Below are positions 1 to 30,836 of a stretch of DNA of 64,000 bases, piece after piece. Within the stretch, counting starts at the first letter, position 1, and each line of letters starts with the position of its first letter. Position numbers and translations under genes: made by a program. This DNA is from Hormiphora californensis. Its lineage: Eukaryota > Animalia > Ctenophora. The stretch spans positions 5,084,001 through 5,148,000 of the forward strand of contig CM035357.1 in the NCBI GenBank assembly GCA_020137815.1. The letters run 5' to 3'. Below the pieces are notes generated by a model. It did not search any database and was not told the origin of the DNA. It was given only the letters and a program-made list of their open reading frames with translations.

Positions 1-205
1 AGCTAATACCGAAATTGTTCAAGCATAGAAGAATTTCCATTGAGTCTTGAAACTGTCTGTAAAATTGTGCCAATTTTCACACTTTGGACTACTGCATGCA
101 GTGAGTATAACAAGCACATGTGCAGATGGTAAAACAGCGTACAAGACGTGTCCTTCTCTCTACTTATCAGTACACACATGTCACATATGTATGTAAAAGG
201 TACTA

Positions 206-305
206 CAGTCGGACCCCGATTTAGGGACACCCTCGAAAGAAAGGCTCTTGTCCACTAAATCGGGGTGTCCACTAAATCGGTGGCCCCTAAATCGGGGTCC
301 GACTG
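206..305. mobile_element. Short Tc1/mariner-type MITE (TA|CAGTCGGACCCCGATTTA...TAAATCGGGGTCCGACTG|TA)
   Basis: Perfect 18-bp TIRs flanked by TA, internal TAAATCGG repeats; same family at 22924-23095, degenerate copy near 29200-29273. Confidence 0.85.
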
Positions 306-350
306 TACTATAATTATAAAGAGGTTTTTCATATCAAATTAACAAGTTAC

Positions 351-471
351 CTCTGCATCCTTCAGGATCTAAATGGTAGCTGGTAATCCTCCTAGATCTC
401 CTGGCTGCCATGGGCGCTGAATATTGCCCCTCCAAACCTGCTGTACTCCATCTCGCTGCCATATGTGAGAT
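351..471 (-). CDS. Probable internal exon of an unidentified minus-strand gene running off the left edge
   Basis: TTAG acceptor and GTAAC donor on the minus strand, one open frame (ISHMAARWSTAGLEGQYSAPMAARRSRRITSYHLDPEGCR); no family recognised. Confidence 0.3.
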
Positions 472-683
472 CTAACCCACGGAGGGTGCAGTTTAGAGTT
501 AGTTGAATATTAGAAAACAATACCTTGGAGCTAGTTGAATATTAGAAAACAATACCTAAAGAAACGAATGTAGCCTAGAGTATAATTATGCTAGCCTAGT
601 ACATAATTATGCAAGGCAACTCTAGATATATCAACAAAATCTTCAAGGACTTGAAAAAATCATGAAGTGCATTCGTAGAATGT

Positions 684-828
684 CACATCCCTGCTGCAGT
701 TCATTCGCGTTCATTCTCAAACCATAATGAATATTGTTGTTATGTGTTCCCACTGAGAATTCTCAGTGGGAAAACACAATATTTATTTGGTCTGAGAATG
801 AAAGCGAATGAACTGCAGCAGGGAGGTG
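684..828. mobile_element. Small hairpin MITE-like inverted repeat
   Basis: CCCTGCTGCAGTTCATTCGC...CATTCTCA pairs with TGAGAATG...GCGAATGAACTGCAGCAGGG; central TTCCCACTGAGAATTCTCAGTGGGAA palindrome. Confidence 0.7.
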
Positions 829-1289
829 GCCTCTGCAGTCCTATATTGAATGCAGAGATTAAGAATTATATGTTCATTATTTAATCCAAATAGCATCTAT
901 GATCTAAATTATATTAACGGATGCACGACAGTTTTATAGGGCGGGAAACACATTGAAGTTGGGTTTGGTACCATTGCTACCTATTCTCGCTTCGCGAGAT
1001 AAGATATGTGAGATCGATCTCGGTCGCTCGCGACACACACTGAAGTTCGAAGGTTCGCGGAAACCCATTTTCGGATGAGAAATCATTTGTAAGAGGCTAA
1101 CTTATTTACTGGTATATCTCTCGAAGTGTCCTTTATCCATACTGAGTCAATTTCACCGTTTTTGAAATTTTTGGCTAATTCGGTCACAGTTGTCCCAATT
1201 CACCAAAAATTTTGGTGGCCTCTGTATATTGTATTATAGTGTATACCAAAGTACCGCTCCCTGTTATAAAGCGAGTAGCTAGATAAATA

Positions 1290-2934
1290 CAGGGCGGTTC
1301 AGAAACATGGAGCCACTTGGAGATAAAAGTTGGAAAAATACAATCCTCTCTCTATTGTACGTATCAAAATTTCAACGTGTTACCCTGTCAGTTGACAGGC
1401 TGATAATTTTTATGAAAGAGTGACTCTCTGTCGATCTCAATCCTCAGGGGACACCTTTTCTAGTCAATAGACCGTGAAAATACGTTTTTAATTACACTGT
1501 ACATTGGAGAGCGAACTGTATTGACACATTAGCAGGAAACGACCGAACCGGGTTTTTTTCCACCGAACCGAACCGAACCGAATTTGAAAAACTTTTTTAC
1601 CGAACCGAACCGAACCGAACCGAACCGAACTTCGGTAACCGAACCGAACTGAACCATACAAAACTTTTTCTGTATAAATGTTTCTCTAAAAAGTCATGGA
1701 GAGCACCGATCAAGGTGTTGAGAATCATTCTCTGAAATTTTGTTAAAAAATGTTTGAAAAAATTTCAAAGTCAATTTTGTGAAAAAAATTTTCAAAGTCA
1801 ATTTTATCGTAAATTTTCTATGTCAATTTTTGCGTACGAATCGTGTTTCGAATCAGCAATGCTATACGGGAATGGTATTGCTAATTAGCAGGATTAAACG
1901 AACCATGAATCGTGTCTCTCTAAATTTCCTAATTAGATTTGATGGGGGATCACGTATCAGCACAATCCATCTCGGACCCACTAATTACCGACATCACTCC
2001 CGTTTAGCATTGTCGATTAGAAACACGATTCGTATACCATAATTTACTTAAAATATTTTTCACAAAAAAAATTTCACAAAATTTCAGGTAATGATTCTCA
2101 ATACCTTGATCGATGCTCTCCATGAATTTTTAGAGAAACATTTAATTTTGTGAAAAAACTTTGTAAAATATTTCAAAGTCAATTTCGGAAAAAAATTCTA
2201 TGTCAATTTTGCCGTACGAATCGTGTTGCGAATCGGTGATGCTATGCGGCAGTGCTCTCGCTAATTAGCAGGATTTATTGAAACATGAATCGTTTCCCCT
2301 AAACTTCCTAATTAGATTTGATGGGGGATCACGTATCAGCATAATCCATCTCGGACCCACTAATTAGCAACATCACTCCCGCTTAGCAATACCGATTCGA
2401 AACACGATTCGTACGCAAAAATTGACATAGAAAATTTTCCATAAAATTGACTTTGAAATATTTTCAAAACTTTTTTACAAAATTTCAGGGAATGATTCTT
2501 AACACCTTGATCGGTGCTCTCCATGAATTTTTTGAAAAAAAAGTTTCTGAATTTGTTGACCCTCGTCCCTCTCATGAGGACACGATTCAACGGGAAGTCA
2601 GGTATCAAATCAATCCATATCGAACCCGCTAACTAGCGAAATCATTTCCACATAGCACCACCGATTCGAAATAGGGTTAATACGGCGAAATTGACATTGA
2701 AATCAATACAATTTTCGTGAAATAATTGAAAAATTTTGCATGAAAAAGCCCGATTTCTGGGCATTTTTTGACCAAAAAATTCGGTGGTTCGGCCAAAATT
2801 TCCTACCGAACCGAACCGAACCGAACCGCCCAAAAAACACCGAATTTCCGAACCGAACCGAACCGAACCGAATATTCGGTCGCTTCCTGCACATTAGATA
2901 TCTCAAAGTGGCTCCATGTTTCTGAACCACCCTG
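1290..2934. mobile_element. Tc1/mariner-type non-autonomous element carrying a nested insertion
   Basis: TIR CAGGGCGGTTCAGAAACATGGAGCCACTT / AAGTGGCTCCATGTTTCTGAACCACCCTG with TA on both sides. Confidence 0.85.
1533..2889. mobile_element. hAT-like non-autonomous element nested in the 1290-2934 element
   Basis: TIR CAGGAAACGACCGAA / TTCGGTCGCTTCCTG, 8-bp TSD CACATTAG (1525-1532, 2890-2897), subterminal (GAACC)n arrays, internal direct and inverted repeats. Confidence 0.85.
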
Positions 2935-3682
2935 TAGTTTATTGATCTATCTACACTCTCACGCTCAGCCTCGAACAGTTTTGATCAGAGAAACGATAAC
3001 ATAAAAACATAGAGAACATCACAAATGAAGAATAAAGGTCAAAAGCTATAACAAGCTCATCATGTCAGTAGTTTGTCATGATAATTATACTATTGGCCGC
3101 GTGAAGGAGGGAGGGGGACGAAAGAAGCTGCTGTCGGTACCAATCACTACAGCAGTAACTCCAGCGGTACTAAAGCTGCATGTGTGTGTGTGTAATTATG
3201 GATAGTTAAGTAGTAGCTATCTGCTGCGTACTACAGCTATACCAGGACTCAGGAGGATATAATTATAAGACAGCAGCAATTATATGCACTGATCAATAAC
3301 GGGTGGAAGTTAGCGTGATTCTATTAGTAGAATTAGAAACAGTCAATCCTCCATTTACCATATAACTAGATATACTTCTTTGCAAAAACTGTGCAAAAAC
3401 TCTTCCCCCAAGGAATCCGGTAAATCGAGGTTTGAATGTAGTCGATAGTAATAAATATCTAGAAGGAGTCGACAGATATGATAACTAGCCAAAGAGATAT
3501 ATATGCTAATTGTTGGATAAATAATTTCTATATTAGCATTTAGCTTAAGGCGAAATGTCGAACGGTCAGTATCTCGAAAGTGTTTTTTATTATGTAGACC
3601 TGATGACAGAACCTATTCGAGTTGCTGCCCGAGGCTTGTGAATATTTTGTCTGTGATATTATTTAACTGCATCCATGCTTAA

Positions 3683-3883
3683 AGGTTGACAAGATACCTA
3701 AAACGTGAATTTCAATTTGCGAGACGCAGTGAGTGTGCCCAGTAAAACCAGTGCTGACAATATCGGTAGACCCCCTATTTCGAATTTTTTTCTAGCCGAC
3801 AAAAAATTCTGAAAAAATGCTGAAAATTAATGATAAATCAAAATAAGACGATATACGAAAAGTTTTAGGTATCTTGTCAACCT
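3683..3883. mobile_element. TTAA-flanked MITE (Kolobok-like)
   Basis: TIR AGGTTGACAAGATACCTAAAAC / GTTTTAGGTATCTTGTCAACCT with TTAA on both sides. Confidence 0.8.
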
Positions 3884-3887
3884 TTAA

Positions 3888-4358
3888 AGTGAGAGTGGAC
3901 CGAATCAGAATCGGACAAGTTTGTTGTAGGTAGTAGAGATTAGCTTTCTGAGCATTTTGCGTTTTTGCCGCTCAAAATCGACCCACCCATCACTGAGATA
4001 TTTTTGTTATGTTGGGAGAACTCCTGTTTAATCAGCATATGTATAAAACAGAATAGAAACAATCATGGCGTTTTACTAACACATTCTGAATATAAGCAGT
4101 GAGGTTGACATGTCCATGCACAGAAGCAGGGCAATGCAAGCCAGCATATCAAAAATTTAAAGAATATGTTAGTAAAACACAAGGATTGTTTCTATCCTGT
4201 TTTATAAATACTGATCCAGCAGGAATTCTCCCAACATAACAAAAATATCTCAGTGATGGGTGGGTCGATTTTGAGCGGCAAAAACGCAAAATGCTCAGAA
4301 AGCTAATCTCTACTACCTACAACAAAATTGTCCAATTCTGATTCGGTCCACTCTCACT
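3888..4358. mobile_element. TTAA-flanked foldback MITE (Kolobok-like)
   Basis: Arms of about 200 bp starting AGTGAGAGTGGACCGAATCAGAAT; TTAA at 3884-3887 and 4359-4362. Confidence 0.85.
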
Positions 4359-5627
4359 TTAAATGATAGTGTCATTGACTGTCTATATGTCATGTCTAAG
4401 TGACTCAATAGCAGTAGAAAACAATATTAATAAGATTATTCAAATGTCAGAAAAAAGCTGCTAAAAACAAAGATATTATGTGGCACAATATGTGTATTAA
4501 CATATTGGACATAGAATATTGTATCACGCCACTATACTAATAGTAACACGGTGCAATCACTTTGTCTCTCTGTCAATCTCTCTTTCTCTCTCTGTAAATA
4601 TTTCTTGTGTGTCTCTCTCTCTCTCGCCTATCTCTCCCTCCCTGGCCTATCCCGATCTAAAATCTCTAACTCTATTCACTGAGAGTTGTATTATTAACAA
4701 ACATTAGCCCTAATCTACCAGACACCATCAGTCTGACAGAGCCTTTTGGTCATCACAAACCATGGCTTGGTATGTGATAATATAGAAGTTAAGCTGCAAA
4801 GTAATGCTGAACAATGGTCAATATAGCTCAATAGCAATATCAAGAAGAAACAACATGTGGGAACAAAAGTAGAGAGGAGTAAAAGGCTTTGTAGACCTTT
4901 GTATTATTATAGAGAAAAGAAAGACCTATTGTAGGACGTGGGACCAGAGCATGCAGGGAACGTGAGAGTGAAAAGATGCGGAAAAACGTTTGAACTTCCT
5001 GGTTTCAAAAGATGTTTTGTGCCCCGCAAATTACAATGTTCTGGCTGTTATAGCCCCGTTATAGGACCTGTCTCATGGCAGTGCCGATCTGAGCGCACTG
5101 CAATTGTCGTTTTGAGAATCAGAACGGGGCCTGGCGGTGCCATACAGCGTAAGACAGAGTGGCGTCACGTATCCATGACAAACTTAGAATGGGGTCTGCA
5201 TGACGTGCACTCTGGCGGTGTCAGACAGCGACGGAGTGAAGTTGAAGTCACAAATATAAAGTACAAGGGGTCCGTTTCGGACCGTCAAGAACTGAAACTT
5301 TCAGTGAAAGGGGTGTGCGAGAAGGTAGGTGGTGTAGTGTGTTTAGTAGTGTTTAGTAGTGTTTCAACGAGTTTCCGGGGTACATTTCACGTAGAAGAAG
5401 GGGCTAGCTATAGGGCTACTATAGACATGATAGTTGCAGGAAAAAGATATTGATTAAGTTTAGCTACAATTTAAACTGCACACGTTCAAACACACGTACT
5501 CCCTTTGGAAATGGGGGTGAAACCAACTGTCAGAGCATCGGCTTGATAGGAAACCAACTGCCACAACTCAAGTTAATGTAAATTGAACTGACACTGTCAG
5601 TGACAGCATACACTCTCCCTCTATCTG

Positions 5628-5688
<61 letters not shown>

Positions 5689-5693
<5 letters not shown>

Positions 5694-6957
5694 CGTAGGA
5701 AGTTAATTTGCTTTGGTTGCTTGTCTCGTTATCTTGCACACTGCAATATCTGATCACGCACAGAGAATAACCGTTACTCTTTGTTTCTAAACGATGAGTG
5801 ACCCCAGAATCAAATTGAAAGACACCGGAAAGTTAAGCTTTGATGAGTATGACTCTCTCCGTCATGATATGGTGGGTTTGTCTGAGGATATTTTGTTTCT
5901 CGCGGGAATTAAGAAGCAGGAGATATTTGGTGCCGAGTACGATGATGTGGAGGAGGTTGGATTGTGGGATGATCTTCCAGTACCGACCAAATCCAAGATC
6001 AGCAGCATCAACAAAGTCGAGCTGGTGGAATGGGTAACCAAAGCCTCCAAGATGCTTATTGAGAGAGCGTACCCCGCGATGAAGAAAACGTTCAGAGAAG
6101 CAAGAAAGTGTAGGGAGATGGAGACGAAGTGTTTTGAACGTCAAGAAGAGGTTATCTCAGCTCAGAGAGCCCTTGTTGCTGCACAAGCTGAACTTGTAAA
6201 GCTACAGGCACAGCTCCTTGAGAAGAGAGACGATGTTATTGCGGAAGTGCAAACTACCGCGAAACAGGAAATCATTTCTTTTTCATCTGTGTTGAAAAAG
6301 GAGTGTGACACCGCTCTTGCACCACAAAGAATACAGAGAGCAGTTGCTAAAGCTGCTGTTGCTGAGGACCGTACCTGCAACATTGTTGTGTATGGTCTGA
6401 AGGACAGCCCTGGGGCTGGAGAGGAGCAACTCCCGGACTTGTGGTCCGAGCTATCTGAGAAACCTGTAGTGAAGAGTGCCCAGCGATTGGGTAGATATTC
6501 AGAGGACCAGTCCAGGCCCCTGAAGATCTCATTTGCGACCAGAGAAACCCAGCTCCTGATCCTAAGAAAGAAGACAAAGTTGAGGGGTAGTGAGGTATTT
6601 GGAAGGGTGTACATCTCACCTGATCTTACACCGGAAGAAAGAGAAGCTCGAGGAATTCTAGTGAAAGAAATGAAGGAGAGGAAGGCCCAGCATCCCGGAA
6701 AGTCCTTTGTAATCAGAGGCCGAGAGGTCGTGGAGGTCTCACCTGAGAGACAATAGCACTGGTGAACTGGTGCTATTCATTAAATTTCATATAAGTTTCT
6801 TCTTTTATTTCTTGCATTTAAGTTTCTTCTTTCCTCGTTCCTGGAAACCAATTTCCGGAAACGATAATCAAGGGCCCGCTACTAAAGTGACGTCCTGGCT
6901 ACAAGATGGCCGAACGGATCCTTCCTTGGATCCGACTCCAAGGTACTCCAAGGTACT
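5689..6957 (+). mobile_element. Putative ORF1-only non-autonomous non-LTR retroelement (HAL1-like architecture)
   Basis: Bounded by (CT)n on both sides; 3' end has a CGGATCC-loop-GGATCCG hairpin and a tandem TCCAAGGTAC x2 tail. Confidence 0.55.
5794..6756 (+). CDS. LINE ORF1p-like protein (coiled coil + RRM-like + C-terminal domain), 320 aa, no ORF2 downstream
   Basis: Intact intronless ORF; heptad-rich segment (ISAQRALVAAQAELVKLQAQLLEKR) followed by RxxNIVVYGL...RLGRY....RPLKISF...VYISPDLTPEER motifs typical of L1/CR1/L2-group ORF1 proteins. Confidence 0.8.
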   Translation: MSDPRIKLKDTGKLSFDEYDSLRHDMVGLSEDILFLAGIKKQEIFGAEYDDVEEVGLWDDLPVPTKSKISSINKVELVEWVTKASKMLIERAYPAMKKTFREARKCREMETKCFERQEEVISAQRALVAAQAELVKLQAQLLEKRDDVIAEVQTTAKQEIISFSSVLKKECDTALAPQRIQRAVAKAAVAEDRTCNIVVYGLKDSPGAGEEQLPDLWSELSEKPVVKSAQRLGRYSEDQSRPLKISFATRETQLLILRKKTKLRGSEVFGRVYISPDLTPEEREARGILVKEMKERKAQHPGKSFVIRGREVVEVSPERQ

Positions 6958-7715
6958 CTCTCTCTCTCTCTCTCTCTCTCCCTCTCTCCTTGTATTATAT
7001 CTCTACTGTATTGGCAGTATGATACTAAAAAATGTCCATTTTCGGGGCGTGTACTTCATGAATGACACATGAAATTGTTAATTAATATTTCTCCGGCAGC
7101 CAACAAACTATATTGCTAGTTTGTGCCACTGCCTTGTCACACAAATTGTGGCCTGTGACAAGGCCTGTCAGAGCATTGACTTGAAAAAACAGGGACTAGA
7201 TATACAGCACGTATTGGAATTGGATTATGGAGTTGGAAGAAGGCCCTGACAGTGACACAATATAATGGACTGGAATATACATGTAAACGTATTAACATGT
7301 TAGCTATTTGGTCTTCAGTTATGTTGGTATTTTACTCATAGAAGCATCGATTGAATAAAAAACACACGAAGCGTTGACAGCGGCTGAGTTCAATTGAGAG
7401 AGCTGACGATGATCTAAAAGTATATTCGCGTCATTGCTAAAAACAATGAAAATTACAAATGAATCATTGATGTTTCTGAAAAGACACATCAAACGTGAAC
7501 AGGAATTACACGTCACTTGTTCATGCCTGCCTTGGACAGGATCCTAAGTACTTAGGATCCATTGCAACCGATTCTCGATCCACGAATAATGTGAGATCGA
7601 TCTCTGTCGCTGCGCGACCTCGATCTCACTCAGGTGTCAAAGTCACCAACAGCCTAGTACTATACAGCTTACCCCTAATTCGGTAAGGACTAAGAGAGGT
7701 GTGGACGCTACTGCA

Positions 7716-7842
7716 CTGTCAGAGCATTGGCCTGACCCTATTCTTAGTTCTCTCAAATATGTTCTGCACGCGGAGCGCATGAGAACTGTGGTCAGAGTCA
7801 GCTGTCAGGCCAATGCTCTGACTCAGACCATTGGCCTGACAG
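7716..7842. mobile_element. Tiny element, CTGTCAG...CTGACAG family
   Basis: 7-bp TIR, TCAGAGCATTGGCCTGAC motifs, 8-bp TSD CTACTGCA/CTGCTGCA (1 mismatch); relatives at 54603-54690 and 61276-61333. Confidence 0.75.
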
Positions 7843-7901
7843 CTGCTGCACTGCTAAGTTTATGTTAGTTCCATTTTAACGGAGCTAACCCTGCTTGAAC
7901 C

Positions 7902-7972
7902 CTGCATGGCGCCACCGACCCCATCTGAGCGTACTGTTGGAAATCAAATTGGGGTCTGGTGCCGCCAGACAG
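7902..7972. mobile_element. Tiny element, CTG(T)xTGGCG...CGCCAGACAG family
   Basis: Perfect 8-bp TSD CTTGAACC; relatives near 5068-5147, 11901-11967, 54079-54146, 60596-60668 and 62716-62760. Confidence 0.75.
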
Positions 7973-8145
7973 CTTGAACCTAGAATACTAGATCCTAACA
8001 AGTTGCTACAAAGATGTATTCTTCGCCAATTTAATTCTCAGTCTCACTCAGGTCTGAGAGACCCGGGTATGTTTACCAAAAGTACGATGAGATGAACAAT
8101 ACGAAGTAAACAATAGAGACTCTATTAGAGCCACATGCATTTTGG

Positions 8146-8376
<231 letters not shown>

Positions 8377-10051
8377 AAAAAATAAGGCGAATAGAAGATT
8401 TTATCATGTACATGTACCAAAGCATCCACTTTTTTGTACAGTACAAAACATCGATTGACCAGGCTGGACCCTCAATTTACCGAGTGGTTGAAAACTCTTG
8501 TCCCTAGTTGTGTTGTGTCCCTCACATTTTATTACTCCGTGAGGGTCAGCGGGGGGAACTCAGGTTCTTCGTGCCAGCTGAGTTCTTCGAGCTCAGTCCC
8601 GTTGCCGTGGACCTGGTTGGCTGATGGTCCAGTGATTACGGTCAAATCACCCGGCTATCTCCCCAATCTTGGGGAGTAAACTTTGCCAGAGACCTTGCCG
8701 AACTCAACTATGGCACCGAGCTCTTGCAGTGCGGCTGGTCCCTGCTGGGATTTGGTTCGGCGGTCGATTGATGAGCGGTTGGTTGACGATTGATATCAGT
8801 CGTTGATCGATCGTTTGTCGGTCGGTCGTCGGACTGAGTTTTAGTGGGGATCCCAGTTGAACTGATAATCTCACCCCAGCCAGTAACCTTGTTACACATG
8901 GCAACCCATGATTTGTAATCACCGAGGGCCTCCGCCTAGTAGGCAATGCCTTCTAGGCATGCCTGATGACCCGTCGGCTGTCTCCCATTTAATTATGGGG
9001 GTAAATTCTACGCCAGAGAACTAGCCGCCCTCAATTATGGCAACCCATGATTTGTAATCACCCGGCAGCTGTAGCCTTTAAAACAGCCCTCCTGTCCAAC
9101 ATCCCATATTGGTCGGACGGAGGTTACCTTCTCTCGCAAAAATAGGGGTTATTCCCCTGGGGAACCTCTGCCCAAATTTTTGCCACATACTACCTTTGCA
9201 CTATATTTAGTACAATCCTCCTCACTGACAAACAGATCAAGCAACACACCTGATTTGGTAAAATTCTCCAAACTAATAGCCAAAAGTAACCTATTCGATT
9301 AAACCATCCCTAACTATCCCGACCTGGAACAAGTGGCAAACTATAGGGCAACGCTACTTATGGGGGATTTTTCTTCTATAACAACGCAATAAGGGACCCA
9401 AGAGTGGTAGGGCAGGCCTGGGCCAAACAAATGGCCACCTCCGCCATATGGCAAGTAGTTACCCCGCAAAAGTGCAACCCCTGGGAGCTGATGATTTGCC
9501 AAATGCTCACCAGAGTTAACATAAGCGTTTTCATGCTTATCTGTGCTTGCTAAGAAATTAGCTGTCCGGACCCCCAGGTTGCATGCTGATAAGTACTGCT
9601 AGCGGTTTTGACCCAAGACCTGAGGTGTGATAAGATATTTCAGCCGTCACCGATTAGATGGTGAACCCACGGTATTGTTATATCCGGCAACCCACCTACC
9701 TCTACAGCTCCTTGGAGCAGTAGTAACCAGAGACCAGTCTGTGTGACAGGTAAATTCCATCCATTGCCCTGACAATATAGGTATGTCAGTCTACTATTAG
9801 ATTCACTGTATCAAATACTCTTATTGTGATGCCGGCAAAGGTTCGAGGGAAATGTTGAGCTTGCTCGACAAAATACCAGGACCCAAACCGGAACAACATC
9901 AACACTATCCCTACGTGTGGGGGACGGTGGCGAAGAGTGATATTAATAGAGGTTGGCTGCCGACCATTGTGGGGCAGTAAAGTGGGTGGAATGACGGGCG
10001 GTGCAAAACACACATACACACACACTCCGTGAGGGTCCGGCAGATCAAGTC

Positions 10052-10738
10052 TTGGTGACATTGACACCTAGTGCGTGCGAGATCGAGGTCGCGCAGCGAC
10101 CGAGATCGAGCTCGCACATAGGTGTCCGCTCCGCCCCCTAAAAAAGGGTCGTGTCTTTCAAGCCAAATTGCACGTGATCCACTGGACCGATTTGCATCCT
10201 ATCCGGTTTGTCGCAAAAGACTACAAATTGGTCCTAGTTTACTGGAAAATACCCGAGAAGTTTGTCTGTCAACAGGAAGTGTGTCAAAATTGACACTGAA
10301 GTCAAATCTATAATCTGGCTTCCGAGCCTTTTTGCACCACTCCCAGACGGTGTAGAATGAATCTGAGGGTATAGTATCAGAAGATAGGTTGAACTCTTGT
10401 GAGTACTGGAAAATACCCGGAATTAATAGCTGATGCTAATTGCATCAACATATCTCCCAATATCTTCTAAATCGCATGGGCGTAGTGCAGAAACTCTCGG
10501 AAGCCAGATTATAGGTTTGACTTCAGTGTCAATTTTGACCCACTTCCTGTTGACAGACAAACTTCTCGGGTATTTTCCAGTATATTAGGATCATTTGTAG
10601 TCTTTTGCGACAAACCGGATGCAAATCGGTGCAGTGGATCGCGTGCAACATCCCTTGAAAGAAACGACCCTTTTTGAGGCGGAGCAGACACCTGTGTGTG
10701 AGCTCAATCTTGGTCGCGCACGGTGTCTATGTCACCAA
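10052..10738. mobile_element. Foldback element with 9-bp TSD (Mutator-like)
   Basis: Inverted arms of about 270 bp, termini TTGGTGACA...TGTCACCAA, TSD GATCAAGTC (10043-10051, 10739-10747); a solo terminus at about 7590-7649 ends at the same base. Confidence 0.8.
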
Positions 10739-11230
10739 GATCAAGTCTTGAGTAAATCGATCGGTTTCACTGTGTACCATCAAAATTAAACTCGGAATAT
10801 AAAGATGGGTGAATTAATTATGTTTGGGTTGTAATTGACAAAATCATTATTTCTACACTCTTCAAATATATTGCTTGTCATGTGATATCTAAACATTCTT
10901 CTTAAAATTTATAAGTACTAAACAGATTTTAGCCTTCATGTAAAACGATTTTAAAGCATCTCAAAAATCATCCCTCTTATGAATTATAAAGTTTTTAAGT
11001 TTCCCGATTCGTTGGCAAATATTCTGAGAAAACCAAAGCTTGAAATAAAAAATGGAATTTTCCCACACTCCGCTTTTGCTGGAGATCATCTTTCTGTTTC
11101 TCTGTCTTCACCGAGAAGTTATTTTTCAAGATCAACAACTCAAGACAAACACACACACACAAAACAACGAAATAACAGAAATCTCTCCTTTTCACACTAC
11201 AACAAACAAACTCTATATATTGTCTCTCCA

Positions 11231-30656
<19,426 letters not shown>

Positions 30657-30777
30657 CTCACCAAGGAGAGACTCTAACTCATTCTGGGCCCAGTGCGAAA
30701 CGTTGTTCAAGGTGTTATCAATGTGAAATCCGGTCGAAAAAAGTGCTATAATTTTTTTCTATGAGGGTGATATTTTT

Positions 30778-30836
30778 AGGGTGATATTTTCCAATGCGCC
30801 AGCAATGCATTGCTGGTGCATTGGAAAATATCACCC
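30778..30836. repeat. Near-perfect 60-bp palindrome just upstream of the Rab gene start
   Basis: GGGTGATATTTTCCAATGCGCCAGCAATGCATTGCTGGTGCATTGGAAAATATCACCC. Confidence 0.85.

Noticed and set aside
4938-5453. 171-aa ORF upstream of the ORF1-like gene
   Set aside because: GTG start, runs through small repeat elements, no recognisable motif
8500-8546. Helitron 3' end (hairpin followed by CTAG on the minus strand)
   Set aside because: CTAG is followed by G rather than the expected T and no 5' TC end was identified
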